From Eledone cirrhosa (taxonomy: Eukaryota), in NCBI GenBank assembly GCA_964016885.1, contig OZ024759.1, forward strand, positions 22,134,001 through 22,198,000: 64,000 nt of DNA, in the 5' to 3' direction. Of the stretch, positions 12,955-25,676 are shown piece by piece; position 1 is the first letter of the stretch, and every line of letters begins with the position of its first letter. The translations under genes were made by a program, and so were the position numbers. The notes beneath the pieces were generated by a model. It did no database searches. It saw nothing but the letters and a program-made list of their open reading frames with translations, and was not told the origin of the DNA.

Positions 12955-13209
12955 GTATATATATATATATACATATATACACACACATACATATATATAT
13001 AAACATATATATAGATGTAGGAGGTGAGTTTTATTGTAGCACAATAAAGCAATGCAAATATCGGATAAGTAGCACTCTACAGTTTGTAGGACTGGAGCAT
13101 AAATAATATAAGATCAAAAGATGGTTAAAAGAGTTCCAGTATTTTATTATGCGCATTTCAAAAACAAATATCATCGTGGGATTATATCTACGTTCTCATC
13201 AGATATCCC

Positions 13210-13280
13210 TATTTTATCTGATGAGAACGCAGATATCATCCCATGATGATATTCGTTTTTGAAATGCGCATAATAAAATA
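13210..13280 (+). ncRNA. Type I hammerhead ribozyme motif; inverted partner on the - strand at about 13140-13206
   Basis: TATTTTAT-CTGATGA-[GAACG..ATATCATC ccat GATGATAT..CGTTT]-GAAA-TGCGCA-TA-ATAAAATA: 8-bp stem I, palindromic stem III ATGCGCAT. Confidence 0.78.
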
Positions 13281-13553
13281 CTTGGAACTCTTTTAACCAT
13301 CTTTTGATCTTATATTATATATATATAACACCAAGTCCACTCTGTAAGGGAGCTGACCTCGCTGGAATTTAAACTCAGAATGTAGAGGGCTGCAATTAAA
13401 TGTTAACATGCTCTAAAGGATTTTGTTTTGTCGAAGGTAAGCAAGCAATGTGGCAGCATGCTATTACGTCCGTCTCTGGGTCAAAAACATATCACATACT
13501 TTTTCCTCTTTGTTTTTCTTTGCTTGTTTCCTTAAAGCTTACAATATTAATTT

Positions 13554-13611
13554 ACACCTGATGAGGTCACCGGATTCTTACGCAATCTGGTCCATGAAAT
13601 GTGCATAGTGT
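13554..13611 (+). ncRNA. Type I hammerhead ribozyme motif
   Basis: ACAC-CTGATGA-[..ACCGGATT cttacgc AATCTGGT..]-GAAA-TGTGCA-TA-GTGT. Confidence 0.75.
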
Positions 13612-13901
13612 TTACAGTAATGAAAAATTAAGGAAATTCAACATATTTGGCCTCTTATCGTTTCATTTTATAATACATTTACTCCATTCTCGCACCACCA
13701 GCATGGTTCAACATTGAAGATGGATGAGTTAAATAACGTTGAGTGCTTTTCTCATATTACGTCATGATTAACATTGCAGAATGACCAATTCTACCCAGTG
13801 GTAAACCACCAAATCTAAACGTATATATATATATCCAGCGAATTTCGAACCATTAAGGTGTGATTTCCATGGGTATGTCATTATTTATAAAACAAATTTT
13901 G

Positions 13902-13966
13902 TATTTTATCTGATGAAAGCGCACCAAGATTTGCTTGGTCGCCCTTGAAATATATATAATAAAATA
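13902..13966 (+). ncRNA. Type I hammerhead ribozyme motif
   Basis: TATTTTAT-CTGATGA-[AAGCG c ACCAAG loop CTTGGT CGC cctt]-GAAA-TATATA-TA-ATAAAATA. Confidence 0.78.
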
Positions 13967-14007
13967 AATATGGTTTTATAAATATAGTTTCCATTTATTA
14001 TTATCTT

Positions 14008-14045
<38 letters not shown>

Positions 14046-14159
14046 AAAGTTTTATTTAAAATTGTTGGGTTACAACAAGTAAATATTTTATAACTGATAT
14101 AAAGCACTCGACAAGTTTTGGGAGTAGATATACGATATTAAACAAATGGAAACTATATT

Positions 14160-14225
14160 TATTTCATTATACATATTTCGGGGATACCATATTAAAAATA
14201 TGGCATGCCTTCGTCAGATAAAATA
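14160..14225 (-). ncRNA. Type I hammerhead ribozyme motif (intact core)
   Basis: Reverse complement reads TATTTTAT-CTGACGA-[AGG c ATGCCATATT ttt AATATGGTAT cccc]-GAAA-TATGTA-TA-ATGAAATA. Confidence 0.78.
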
Positions 14226-14319
14226 CAATATATAAACAGTTTTATAAATAATTTTGACGTACCATAAATATGAGCGATCATTATGTAGGAAGTTAGTTTG
14301 GTAAACCAACTTCCTACAT

Positions 14320-14488
14320 AATTGTTTCTACTTTAGGCACAAGGCCAGCAATTACCCAGTGCATTACTGGTACTTTATTTTATCGACCCCGTAAGGATGA
14401 AAGGCAAAGTCAACCTCGGCGGGATTTGAACTCAGATCGTAAAGGGACGTAACTATGCTGAAAGCATGGCGTCCGACCCTCTACCGAT
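14320..14488 (-). mobile_element. tRNA-derived SINE family A (Meta-domain-like core gccgaggttgactttgcctttcatccttacggggtcgataaaataaagtacc)
   Basis: B-box gagttcaaatccc and shared core; many other copies (about 3080-3245, 3870-4200, 9450-9600, 9860-10400, 20740-20862, 37038-37152, 50400-50620, 58820-59020, 60195-60540, 63683-63875). Confidence 0.8.
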
Positions 14489-14539
14489 CGCTCATATTTA
14501 TGTTACGTCAAAATTATTTATAAAACTGTTTATATATTG

Positions 14540-14605
14540 TATTTTATCTGACGAAGGCATGCCATATTTTTAATATGGTATCCCCAAAATATGTATAATG
14601 AAATA
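14540..14605 (+). ncRNA. Hammerhead motif, inverted copy of 14160-14225 with G12A change
   Basis: Same sequence as the - strand copy except GAAA is AAAA. Confidence 0.65.
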
Positions 14606-14646
14606 AATATGGTTTTATAAATATAGTTTCCATTTGTTTAATATCG

Positions 14647-14689
<43 letters not shown>

Positions 14690-14894
14690 TTTGTGTCCTT
14701 GAGTAAGACACTTTATTTTATGTTACTCCAGTTCTCTCAACACTGTAAATATATATATATATATATATATATAATAAAGTGTCTTACTCAAGGACACAAA
14801 ACATCGCCGTCGGACAAGCGAGCGGTCAGTCGGTCAATTGGGCGGGTCGGGGGAAATCCAGCTCTCTAACCACTGGGCCACGCACCTACCATAC

Positions 14895-14970
14895 CGAGTG
14901 ACGTGATAGATACTATAGATGTGAATTATAGCTACTGACATCAAGACGACACAGTGCGCCTGCGCAAAAC
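14895..14970 (+). promoter_or_regulatory. Candidate SCAMP promoter with NRF1-like site TGCGCCTGCGCA (14955-14966) and GTGACGTG
   Basis: Motif match in a locally CpG-rich patch about 720 bp upstream of the ATG, followed by a GA-rich putative 5'UTR; TSS not demonstrable from sequence. Confidence 0.45.
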
Positions 14971-15685
14971 TGACAACTAGAGAGAAAGAAAGAGTATAAG
15001 CTAGAGAGAGAGAGAGCAACAGACAGTAAACAAGCAAGAGAGAGAGTAAGTAAGCAAGTGAGAGAAAAAGACAGTAAGGAAGATAGAGAGAGAGAGTAAG
15101 CAAGAAAGAGAGGGAGACAGTAAGCAAGAGAGTAAGTCGCCATTACCTCCATTAACCTCCTATATTTGTTTTTACACACACAGGAGGACATTCCAACCCC
15201 TCTCTCTGTTATTTTATTTTTTTGTTGTTTTATTACAGGGGAGATTTAGGAGCTCCCCTACCCCTGTTTACACTAAAGGAATATATATATATAGTTATAG
15301 GGGAAATATATATATAGAGCTCCCCTACCCTAAAGAAATATACATACATATAAATATCTAGTCACATATATATGTGTATATACATAATCATAACATCGTA
15401 CAGCAAATGAGAAATATATATCAACTCTAAATAACAACAAACATAATTGAAATAAGAGGAAAAAAAGATTTACAAGTGACGAGACGGAGAAGAATTAGAC
15501 AAAAATACGACTACGGAGAAAAACTTATAACATACAACTCTGTTATTGTGTGTTAAATTATAATATTCCATATATTTCTACTGGTATCTAAAAGTAATAA
15601 TATCACTCAATTGTTTAATTGATCGATTAATTAAAAGAGTATTTCTTATTGAAGTGATTGATCTACCACACAATTTGAGAGAAAC

Positions 15686-15742
15686 ATGTCGGGATTTGAC
15701 AGCAATCCGTTTGCAGATCCGGAAGCTACAAATCCATTTGCG
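15686..15742 (+). CDS. SCAMP: SCAMP coding exon 1 (MSGFDSNPFADPEATNPFA)
   Basis: ATG at 15686, two NPF motifs, resembles the SCAMP1 N-terminus (MSDFDSNPFADP); GTGAGT donor at 15743, phase 0. Confidence 0.93.
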
Positions 15743-16273
15743 GTGAGTTTTATAGTTGTATTCACTTAATACTTTCATTTTGTACATACATATATATATT
15801 ATATATATATATAATTATTAAAGAGATACACAGACACCTCTATATATATATTCATATGTGTTCATAAATGATATAATGAAGTATATTTTATAGACACACT
15901 CATAATAAACATATATATATATACACACATATATTTGTTCAATTCGCTATATGTATTGTTTATAATGAATATGAATTGATGTATTTTAAAGTCATACTTA
16001 CACATATATCTATATATACACATATACCTATATATACACATATACCTATATATATATATAACACATATATATAACATATATAAAACACGTATATAAACAT
16101 ACATACATGATGTAATATGTAAGTATATTTTATATATTCATAACTATATACCTATACTATGAATAATGTATATAACGAATAGAATGATTTACTAAAATCA
16201 TACATCTACACTATATATATATATATTCATATAATATATTTTATACACCCACACATATATATATAATAAACAC

Positions 16274-16333
<60 letters not shown>

Positions 16334-16989
16334 TCGAATGAAAATGAATATATAGGTATATATTATAATCGTTAAACTATATATACACTATTTATACTGT
16401 ATATATGATGTTTATACTGAATGATTTACTTAAGAGATGAATCAATCAATATTAATCAGGAAAAAAAACTAAGACATCCACACTCAATTATATACGACAC
16501 TATATATATATATAATGTGTGTGTGTGTATCGTTTATTATTGAGTGTTGACGTCTTCTCTAGTTTGACGATTATAATATATACAGACATATACGCACATA
16601 ATCAACAGTTTAAACACGCACATATATTACAATCAACACAATTTATATGCGTATAAACACATATTACAATCAATAGAGTTCATACACAATTAAACACAGC
16701 CATATATATGTATATCTATATATATGCATACACACATCCACCTATATAACACTAAATACGTAAATTTATTGTATAGATAGATAATTACGTGTATATATAT
16801 ATACACACACACGCATACACAATTGAATAGTCAGTCAGCTGAGTGTGAGTGCGTATAAAAATATGGCAGAAACTAAAACCGTTGGTCTTTACTTGTGATT
16901 CGCTTCCACTTAATTATATTTTATTGGTGTGTGTATGTATATATATTCATTTTATTAAGGCTATATAGTGAGTCTTGTTAATCTGGAGG

Positions 16990-17038
16990 TTTTCGCCTGA
17001 TGACCCTGTGAAAAACAGGTGAAACTCCACAGGTGAAA
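16990..17038 (+). ncRNA. Degenerate hammerhead-like core inside a fold-back element (16943-17079)
   Basis: CTGATGA-c-CCTGT gaaaa ACAGG-t-GAAA; stem III and cleavage triplet not canonical. Confidence 0.4.
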
Positions 17039-17940
17039 CAGCAACAAGACTCGCTAATTAGCTTTATTAAAATGAATATTTAAACTCTACTTCTGTATTG
17101 AGTACTCCTTTTTCTATCAGCCGTCTACTACATACTGTTATATATATATATATATATTGACGAAGTAACAGTAGTTATGTGTGGGCAGGAACAAACAAAA
17201 AAGTGGCGAGATGGTTAGAAATCACGAGAAGCCTTCGTTTTTAAGATCACATAACTTCCGGTTATCTCCGTGTATGAAAATTGACATTGTTGTTATTTCC
17301 TTTCCTTAATTTTACAAAGCTAATCATAAATCTACATATTTGAAAATATAGTTTATTAAGAAAGTTATGCTGAAAGAAAGTCAAGTGCATGCTTTAGGTT
17401 CTAGTAATATCGTCATATATATATAAAAAGCATTGAACCCCGAACTCACACTCACTCACACATACGTGTACGTGTATAGATCAAGATTTTACCAGTTTTA
17501 AACAAGTAAAACCATTATTCAGCAGAGTACTCGATACTTGGGATAGTTGAGATATTAGAGTAAGCCGTCTGAGCTCAGCCGTCGGGCCGCAACTCTCTCT
17601 AAGATATATATATACACACACACACATATGATATATATGTTAGGTTGGTTCGTGTGTGGTATATTTCACTGGGAGCTGACATTCATTCGATGATGAGTAC
17701 ATACATACAAACATATGTATATTTTGTATGAAATATACATACATAGACACATAGATATGTATATTTCGAATGAAATATGCATACATACACATGTAGATAT
17801 GTATATTTCGAATGAAATATACATACAGACACGTAGATGTCTGCATTTAATATGAAATATACATACGTATACACGGAGATATGTACATTTCGAATGAAAT
17901 ATACATACATACACACATAGATATGTATATTTCGTATGAA

Positions 17941-18013
<73 letters not shown>

Positions 18014-18344
18014 TACATACATGTGTGTGTGTGTATTTCATAGGAAACATTTCTCGTCCCGTAGAAGTCATCTCTATATCTGAAATATCTATCTGTGGTT
18101 CCTTTCCTCCCCCCCCCCCCATATATATATATATATATATGGGGGGGGGGGAAGGACATATATGTGTGTGTGTGTCTTTTCAGAAAGTAAATAGAAAGAA
18201 GCAAGCAAACGACACTACAATTAGCTACATTATTTGATATTACGGGGTCGATAAAATAAAGTACCAGTAATGCACTGAGTAATTGCTGGCCTTGTGCTTA
18301 AAGTAGAAACAATTATTTGATATAGAAGGAAAAGAGTCTTAATG

Positions 18345-18413
<69 letters not shown>

Positions 18414-18946
18414 GCGGGGGTCGGACATGCGAAATAAATCCGGTGAACGGGTCGGGATATTTTCATTTTCTAATTTAGTAATTTATGAACTCTGATACCC
18501 GCCACCACCACTATCATCACCATCATTACTACCACCACCAACATCACTATATCATCATCATCACAACCATCACTATCACCGCCACTACCACTGTCATTAC
18601 CATCACAACCACCATCAGCAACGCCACCACGACCACCACCATCATCATCATCACCACTAACACCACCATCACTAACATTACAACCCCTTCTTTATCATCA
18701 TCATCATCATCATCATCACTACCACCATCATCAGCAACGCCATCATCACAACCACTACAACCACCAACATCATCATTATCAATCATATAGGAACAATGAT
18801 AGAGACGGTGTTTATGTTGCATCACTTACTGTTCGTTACGTTCCGTTTAACCCTAGGTCAGTCCTGATTGAGTAGACACATCATCAAACGTATGAATGTA
18901 ACTGAGCACTCCACCTCGTTTTGTATGTATATATATGTACACACAC

Positions 18947-19012
<66 letters not shown>

Positions 19013-19108
19013 AGTGGAAGCTTAGTAAAATCGAAGCTTTGGCTATGGCCAAGCAATAAGTAGCAAAGCACTCAATAAGGGTAGGTCCTTAGAGTAATAA
19101 CATACGTT

Positions 19109-19140
<32 letters not shown>

Positions 19141-19344
19141 ACAACGTGTCCTTGATTTTGCTAAGAGCTATGGAGTTGAAGGAGATTTGGCTGTAATTTC
19201 TTGCAGTTGGAATGACCGAATAGAAGCTTCCTTCTGAGACCAGTACCAGTAATATATTGATTTGGATCAATACATCGATACAATGCGGCCTTATTGCAGC
19301 AACAAACAAAACAAAGCTTATTTATATTACTGCAATAATGTTGC

Positions 19345-19400
<56 letters not shown>

Positions 19401-19472
19401 TTCTATACCTTTCATTTATATATATATATATATGTATACATACATATATCTATATGTATGCATGTATATGTA

Positions 19473-19511
<39 letters not shown>

Positions 19512-20893
19512 ACATATATCTATATGTATGCATGTATTATATGCATGTATATGTATACATACATATATCTATATGTATGCATGTATTATATGCATGTATA
19601 TGTATACATACATATATCTATATGTATGCATGTATTATATGCATGTATATGTATACATACATATATCTATATGTATGCATGTATTATATACATACATGTA
19701 TACATATATGTATACATATGTATATATATATACATACATGTATACATATATATATATATATGTATATATATATACATATATGTATACATACATATGCATG
19801 TATATATGTTTACACGCACACACACACATATATTTTAAAATAACAGATTAAGGTTTTATATAATAAATATTTGCTCTAGGGTTCTTATATATTTGATATA
19901 TATTTATCCTTATCGAGCCCTCTTTGGATTTTAGTCTTCACATTTATTATTGTTACTATATATATATATATATACACACACATATACGTGTAGAATGATG
20001 ATAATCATATCATCTTTCGATCTTTTTCTAAATACACTCTTCTGATTAATAAAGAAATCACTATCGTTCGATTTACATGTAACCCACCCACACAAATGTT
20101 CCTTTCACCAGCGTCCTTGTAGTAGTAGTAGTAATGGTGGTAGTAGTGTTAGTAGTAGTAATGGTGGTGGTAGTAGTATTAGTAGTAGTTATGGTGGTGG
20201 TAGTAGTATTAGTAGTAGTAATGGTGGTGGTAGTAGTATTCGTAGTTGTAACTGTAGTAGTGGCAATTGTAGTTGTATTGGTGTGGGTGGTGGTAGTAGT
20301 AGTAGTGGCAGTAGTTGTAGTAATAGTAGTTTTGTAGTAGTAGTAATAAACATTAATAACACACTGGGGCTGAAGTAATCGATGTTCCCCCTCCTACAAA
20401 CTACTGGCCTTGTGTCTAAATCAAAAAACATCGGGGTCGATAAATTGAAGTACCAGTATCGCACTGGGGTCGATTTAATTGATTTACCCCTCCCCTAAAT
20501 TGCTGACCTTGTGCCTAAATCAGAAACCATTATTATTATTATAATTTTAAAAAAACTTCATCCATTTTCCTATTTTCTGGGGTTTTTTATCCGTTTTTCA
20601 TGTAAACCCGCCCACTCCGTATCGTTATCGATCTCTACATAAACCCTAGGGCTAATAAACCACTCATTATTTGTATTATTATTATTAGTGGTAGTATTAG
20701 TGTCCCTATTAGTGTTAGTAGTAATATAATCATTATTTTACGATCTGAGTTCAAATCCCGCCGAGGTTGACTTTGCCTTTCATCCTTACGGGGTCGATAA
20801 AATAAAGTACCAGTAATGCACTGGGTAATTGCTGGCCTTGTGCCTAAAGTAGAAACAATTATTATTACGTCTCTACAGAATGTGTATGTATAG

Positions 20894-20957
<64 letters not shown>

Positions 20958-21909
20958 GTGTGTGTATATATATGTATGTTGTATGTATGTAAAGATGTGT
21001 GTGTGTGTGTGTATGTATACTGAAATCTGGAACACTTCGTTTTATAGATATCTGCATACTTAGACTCTTACAGTTGTCCTTGTAATAGTATAACGTCTAC
21101 ACGATATAACATACATACTATGACATACAAACACAGGACACAACGTACACCCATACACACGAAATAACGTACACACACTCACAGACGACATAACGTATAC
21201 ACACACACACATATGATGTTCTAACTCGTGATACCATATGTGAACTTAAATGTAATATATATATATATATATTTGTATAGCCACATATGTATATACACAT
21301 GTATGTACATATATATACACGTGTGCTTGTATATATATTTATAGAATATACGTAAATTAGCTTTCCGAAGTGAACCACAGTTAATTAAGGTACTCAATAC
21401 ATTAGTAGAGATATTTAATATAAAAATGGCTTCTGCAGGACTAGAACCGTTTCATTCGTTTGAAATCATCAATTTCCTGGTGATTTCAAATGAATGAAAC
21501 AGTTCTAGTCATGTAGAATATATATACACACATACTTTCATTCTGACCCCATCCATACACAGGTTGAAAATTCATTCAGTGAAACGCACGTCCTCGAGTT
21601 GTGGAACTCTCTCTCTCTCTCTCTATCATCATCATCATCATCATCATCATTGATTAACATCTATCTTCCACACTAGCATGGGTTATGTGGGTTTGTCCCA
21701 TTTAGAAGCAAGGTGAGTTGGGTGACCGTGTCTCGCTCATATAGGAGTGTTTCTGGTTGATTTCTATGGTTGGATGCCCTTCCTAGCGCCAACCATATTT
21801 ACAGTGTGTGCTGGGTGTCTTTTACACGACTACTTTACAGTGTGGGCTGGTTGTTTTGTGGTACCAGCATAATATACATATATATATACATATATATATA
21901 TATATGTAG

Positions 21910-22820
21910 GTTTCCTTGCTGAGATGTGGGATCTTGAAGAGAGGGCCTCAATATCAAACTAGCTTACTCTGGATCTTCCCTGCAAAGTTGCCTCTCCACA
22001 AGGCAATCCCCCAACGAGGATAACGGATGCAGCCTAGCCAACTGCCCTATCTGCAACACCAATTGTTGCCTACGTAGTATACAGGCTAGAATGTAACAAG
22101 TGCAATCTATTTTACATAAGCAGCACTATTCAACCGTTACATATCCGTATTAAAGAGCATGTTATCACCAACTCCTCTTCTTTCCGCAAACACATCATCA
22201 AATGCGGAAACCAGGACAACATTACCACCACAATCTTAGCTACCGAACACAGTCTTGGCACGCTGAGAATTAATGAAGCCCTCTTGATCAAGCAATTATA
22301 ACCTAGGATCAATAATCGAATGGAAAGAAGTGCACCAGAATGGCTAATTTAAAAGTCTGTATTCCAACATCCCAGTGGCCCGTTTCATTCTTTCTTTCAA
22401 ATTAGATCTATGCCCACACTAAGCAAACACACTTAGACGCACACACACACATTCATATGTCACATACATATTTTTCCCTTTTTATTATATACATATTCGC
22501 ACAGGCCTTTCAATACATAAACTTACATTCATGTACACACATACAGACAGCCCACTAAGCACACTTACATTCACCCCAATAAGCACACTTACATTCACAC
22601 ACACACATGCATATATCATACACTTTTTCCCAGACATTTCACAACGCGCACACTCGAAATTTTAACGTCTTTTCATTTCATTTAACTTAAACCTGCCTTC
22701 CTAACAAATGATCCCTGATCGATCCTTTAAGTCTCTCACAGGGATACTCTCTTGATAATGGGTTTTTAAACCCCAAAATATTCGGGATTATTAAATTTGC
22801 TATGGTCAGATTCTATTGTT
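21910..22820 (+). mobile_element. Penelope-like retroelement 3' remnant: Cys-rich linker, GIY-YIG endonuclease (22074-22352), 3' tail
   Basis: GCSLANCPICNTNCC, then after a frameshift VVYRLECNKCNLFYISSTIQPLHIRIKEH...FRKH...RINEALLIKQL*PRINNR; degenerate HHR-like motif at 22748-22787; (TA)n upstream. Confidence 0.85.
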
Positions 22821-23829
22821 ATCTTGGCAATTTTAATTTTCTAGTGCATTGTATGGTTTTCAAAATTATTTAAATATATGTATGTTTGTATGTGTGTGTT
22901 TATTGTGCATGGTTTAGTGGTTAGAGAATTAGATTCACAATCATGAGGTTGCGAGTTTGATTCCCCTTGAGCAAGACACTTTATTTCGCGTTGCTCCTTC
23001 TGCCAAGAGTTGTGACTGGTAGATAGTTTCAGCAGTGGAAAGACCAACAGAAACTTTCTTTCCTTGGTCCACCTTGACCATACCACCCAACTCAGTAAGT
23101 AAATAAAGTCTGGGATCTTGTCGATCAATATACATAGTGATAGAGGATAGGTAGATTAGTGAGTTTACTCTGATATAGATAGCTATGGTCTAATACTGGT
23201 TGTTTTATGTTTATATATAGCAATGAGATAAGGTTAAAGTTTGTAAATGATTAAATAATAACTGACAAGGTCTTGTGATTTACATAATGAAAATAATAAA
23301 ATATATATAGACATGTTTGTGTTGAGTCACCTGTAAAATAGGTAAAATAACGATACATGAGGGGTTGGGCTCTACCAGGTGTTAAATGCCCATGAAGCAG
23401 TGTCATGTCATTATGACCATTATGCATGCTGCTATGACTCCATCCGGAGTTAGTAATACATACATACATACATATGTGTGTGTGTGTAATTGTTTGCTTA
23501 AACCTTTAATCTGTGCTAATAAATATTCACTCGGGTTTATATATACAACTCTTATCAAGCTCTCTCTCTATATTTTGGTCTTTGTTATAGTTACAGTTCA
23601 CAGCTATGTAAGTTTTAACTGGCCTCTTACTTGGTTATAGCTCATAGGAGGTTTATTGGAAATTTTAATGAAAGGGGTCCCAGCCCTTCATATACACATG
23701 TTGTTGCAGTTCACACCTATGCAGGTTTAGCTTACATCTTACCTGGTTGTATCTCATAGGAGGTTCATAGAGAGTTTTAATGAGAGGGGCCCCAGTCCTG
23801 TGATACACATATTAATATAATATAATATA

Positions 23830-24500
23830 ATGAAATTATTGTGTAAAGTGCTCAGGTGCACTACAACTCGTCAATATAGTACATAGAATAATACACAAAT
23901 GTCAGGGAAGTACATGTGTGTATGTGTTAGCTGTAGTGTTGGCGGATCTCAGGAAGCATGGAGGCCTTAAAGGATGCAGTGACTCGACAGCTAACATGGT
24001 TAACAATTTTGTGGGTGTTTACCTAGTCAGTTGCCAGGCGTCAGAGCTTCAATGAATCCATGCCCAGGGAAGCAAGGCGCTCAGAGTATGGTAGATGCCT
24101 GATGGAGGGTATTCGCTTGGTTGCACGTCTCTGAACAGTTTCCAGGCGGTCAATGTCCTGAGCAAGATAGGGGTTCCAGACTGGTGATGCAAATTCTAAG
24201 TGTGGTCGCACCATAGCTGTATACAGCCTTAAATAGATATCTGGAGAGCGGCTGACAAAGGTCTTGCTGAGTGATGCTAAGACACCCTCGGCCCTCTTGA
24301 CAATTTTAGAGACGTGCCTCGTCCAACGCAAATCGCTGCTGACCGTAATGCCCAGGTCACATTCACAGGAAGACTTCTTGATATTAGTGCTATGGAGGGA
24401 GTATGTGGACGCTGGGTTTTTACTCCCAAAATGCATGGTGGTGCACTTGTCCACAGCTAGCTTGAGTTGCCAGTCTGAGATCCATTGTTGTAGTTCACAG
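23830..24500 (-). mobile_element. CR1/L2-group LINE 3' fragment
   Basis: ORF 24041-24454: CDLGITVSSDLRW...LYTAMVRPHLEFASPVWNPY...LETVQRRATK; internal deletion, then 3' tail. Confidence 0.88.
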
Positions 24501-25676
24501 CAATGTAGGTTCAGCTGGCCTCATACGTGATTATATCTCATAGGTTTATTGAGAGCTTTAATGAGAGGGGCTTCAGTCCTGTTATACCCATATGTATGTT
24601 GTTGCAGTTTAACTGACCACCCACCTGTTTGTATCATAGGTTTATTGAGTTTTAATAAGAATGGGACCAGTCCTGTTATACACACATGTGCAGGTTTAGC
24701 TGGCTTCCTATCTGGTTATATCTCATAGAAGGTTTATTGGGAATTTTAATGAGAGGGGCCCCAGTTCTGTCATGAAAAAGCAGCATGAAATGAAGCATAT
24801 TGCTAAAAAAAATTAAAACCCAACATGGTCTGCTTGTTCCAGGAATTGATCAAACGACCTTAGGATCATGAGTCCAACTGCCTAACCACTAGGCCACTGG
24901 GTTTCACACTGGTAACACATGATATGATACCTAATTGTTTATTTGTTAATCATATGTACTAATTATGAAAAGAGAAAAAAATGTTTAAATTATTTGTTAT
25001 AAAGTGTGTCATTAATATTGCAAAGTTTTCTATATGCTGTTATACATAGTGCGTCTGGTAGAAACAACACCAAACACACCCTATCGATACCCCACCACCG
25101 CCTCTGTCTTATATGATATAAGGACATTATGCTTATAAAGTGGTTGTGGTTTCCCTCTGTGTGTAGGAAACACATGGGGTAATCTTAGAAAATGTATGTT
25201 ATGAGTAGGAAGTGAAATAATAGTGTAGTATATTATATATATATATATATATATTTGAAAAGAAGGGAAGAATGACTTCACTTGCTATTCTATATCAATT
25301 TAATTTTATAATTTTATAATTTTGGTATGTATATCTATTAGATCTACATAACAAAATTATAAAATTAAATTGATATAGACTACCAACTACAAGTGAAGTC
25401 ATTCTTTTCCTTTTTTCAAATGTACCTAACTGTACCAAAGATCTCAAACATTTCTCAATATATTTATATATATATATATATATAAAAAATCGGAGGCCAT
25501 ATTCAGTTGATTCAGGTTTATTCAAAACTCCATCATACATATTTTGCTGAGGACTATCAAACACGATGTTTATGAAGCGAATGCCGAGGCATTCGCTTCA
25601 TGAACATCGTGTTTGTCCATTCTCTTGTCACTTCAATTTTGGATTACCTCCTGATTGTAACCTTATTATGTTAGAA

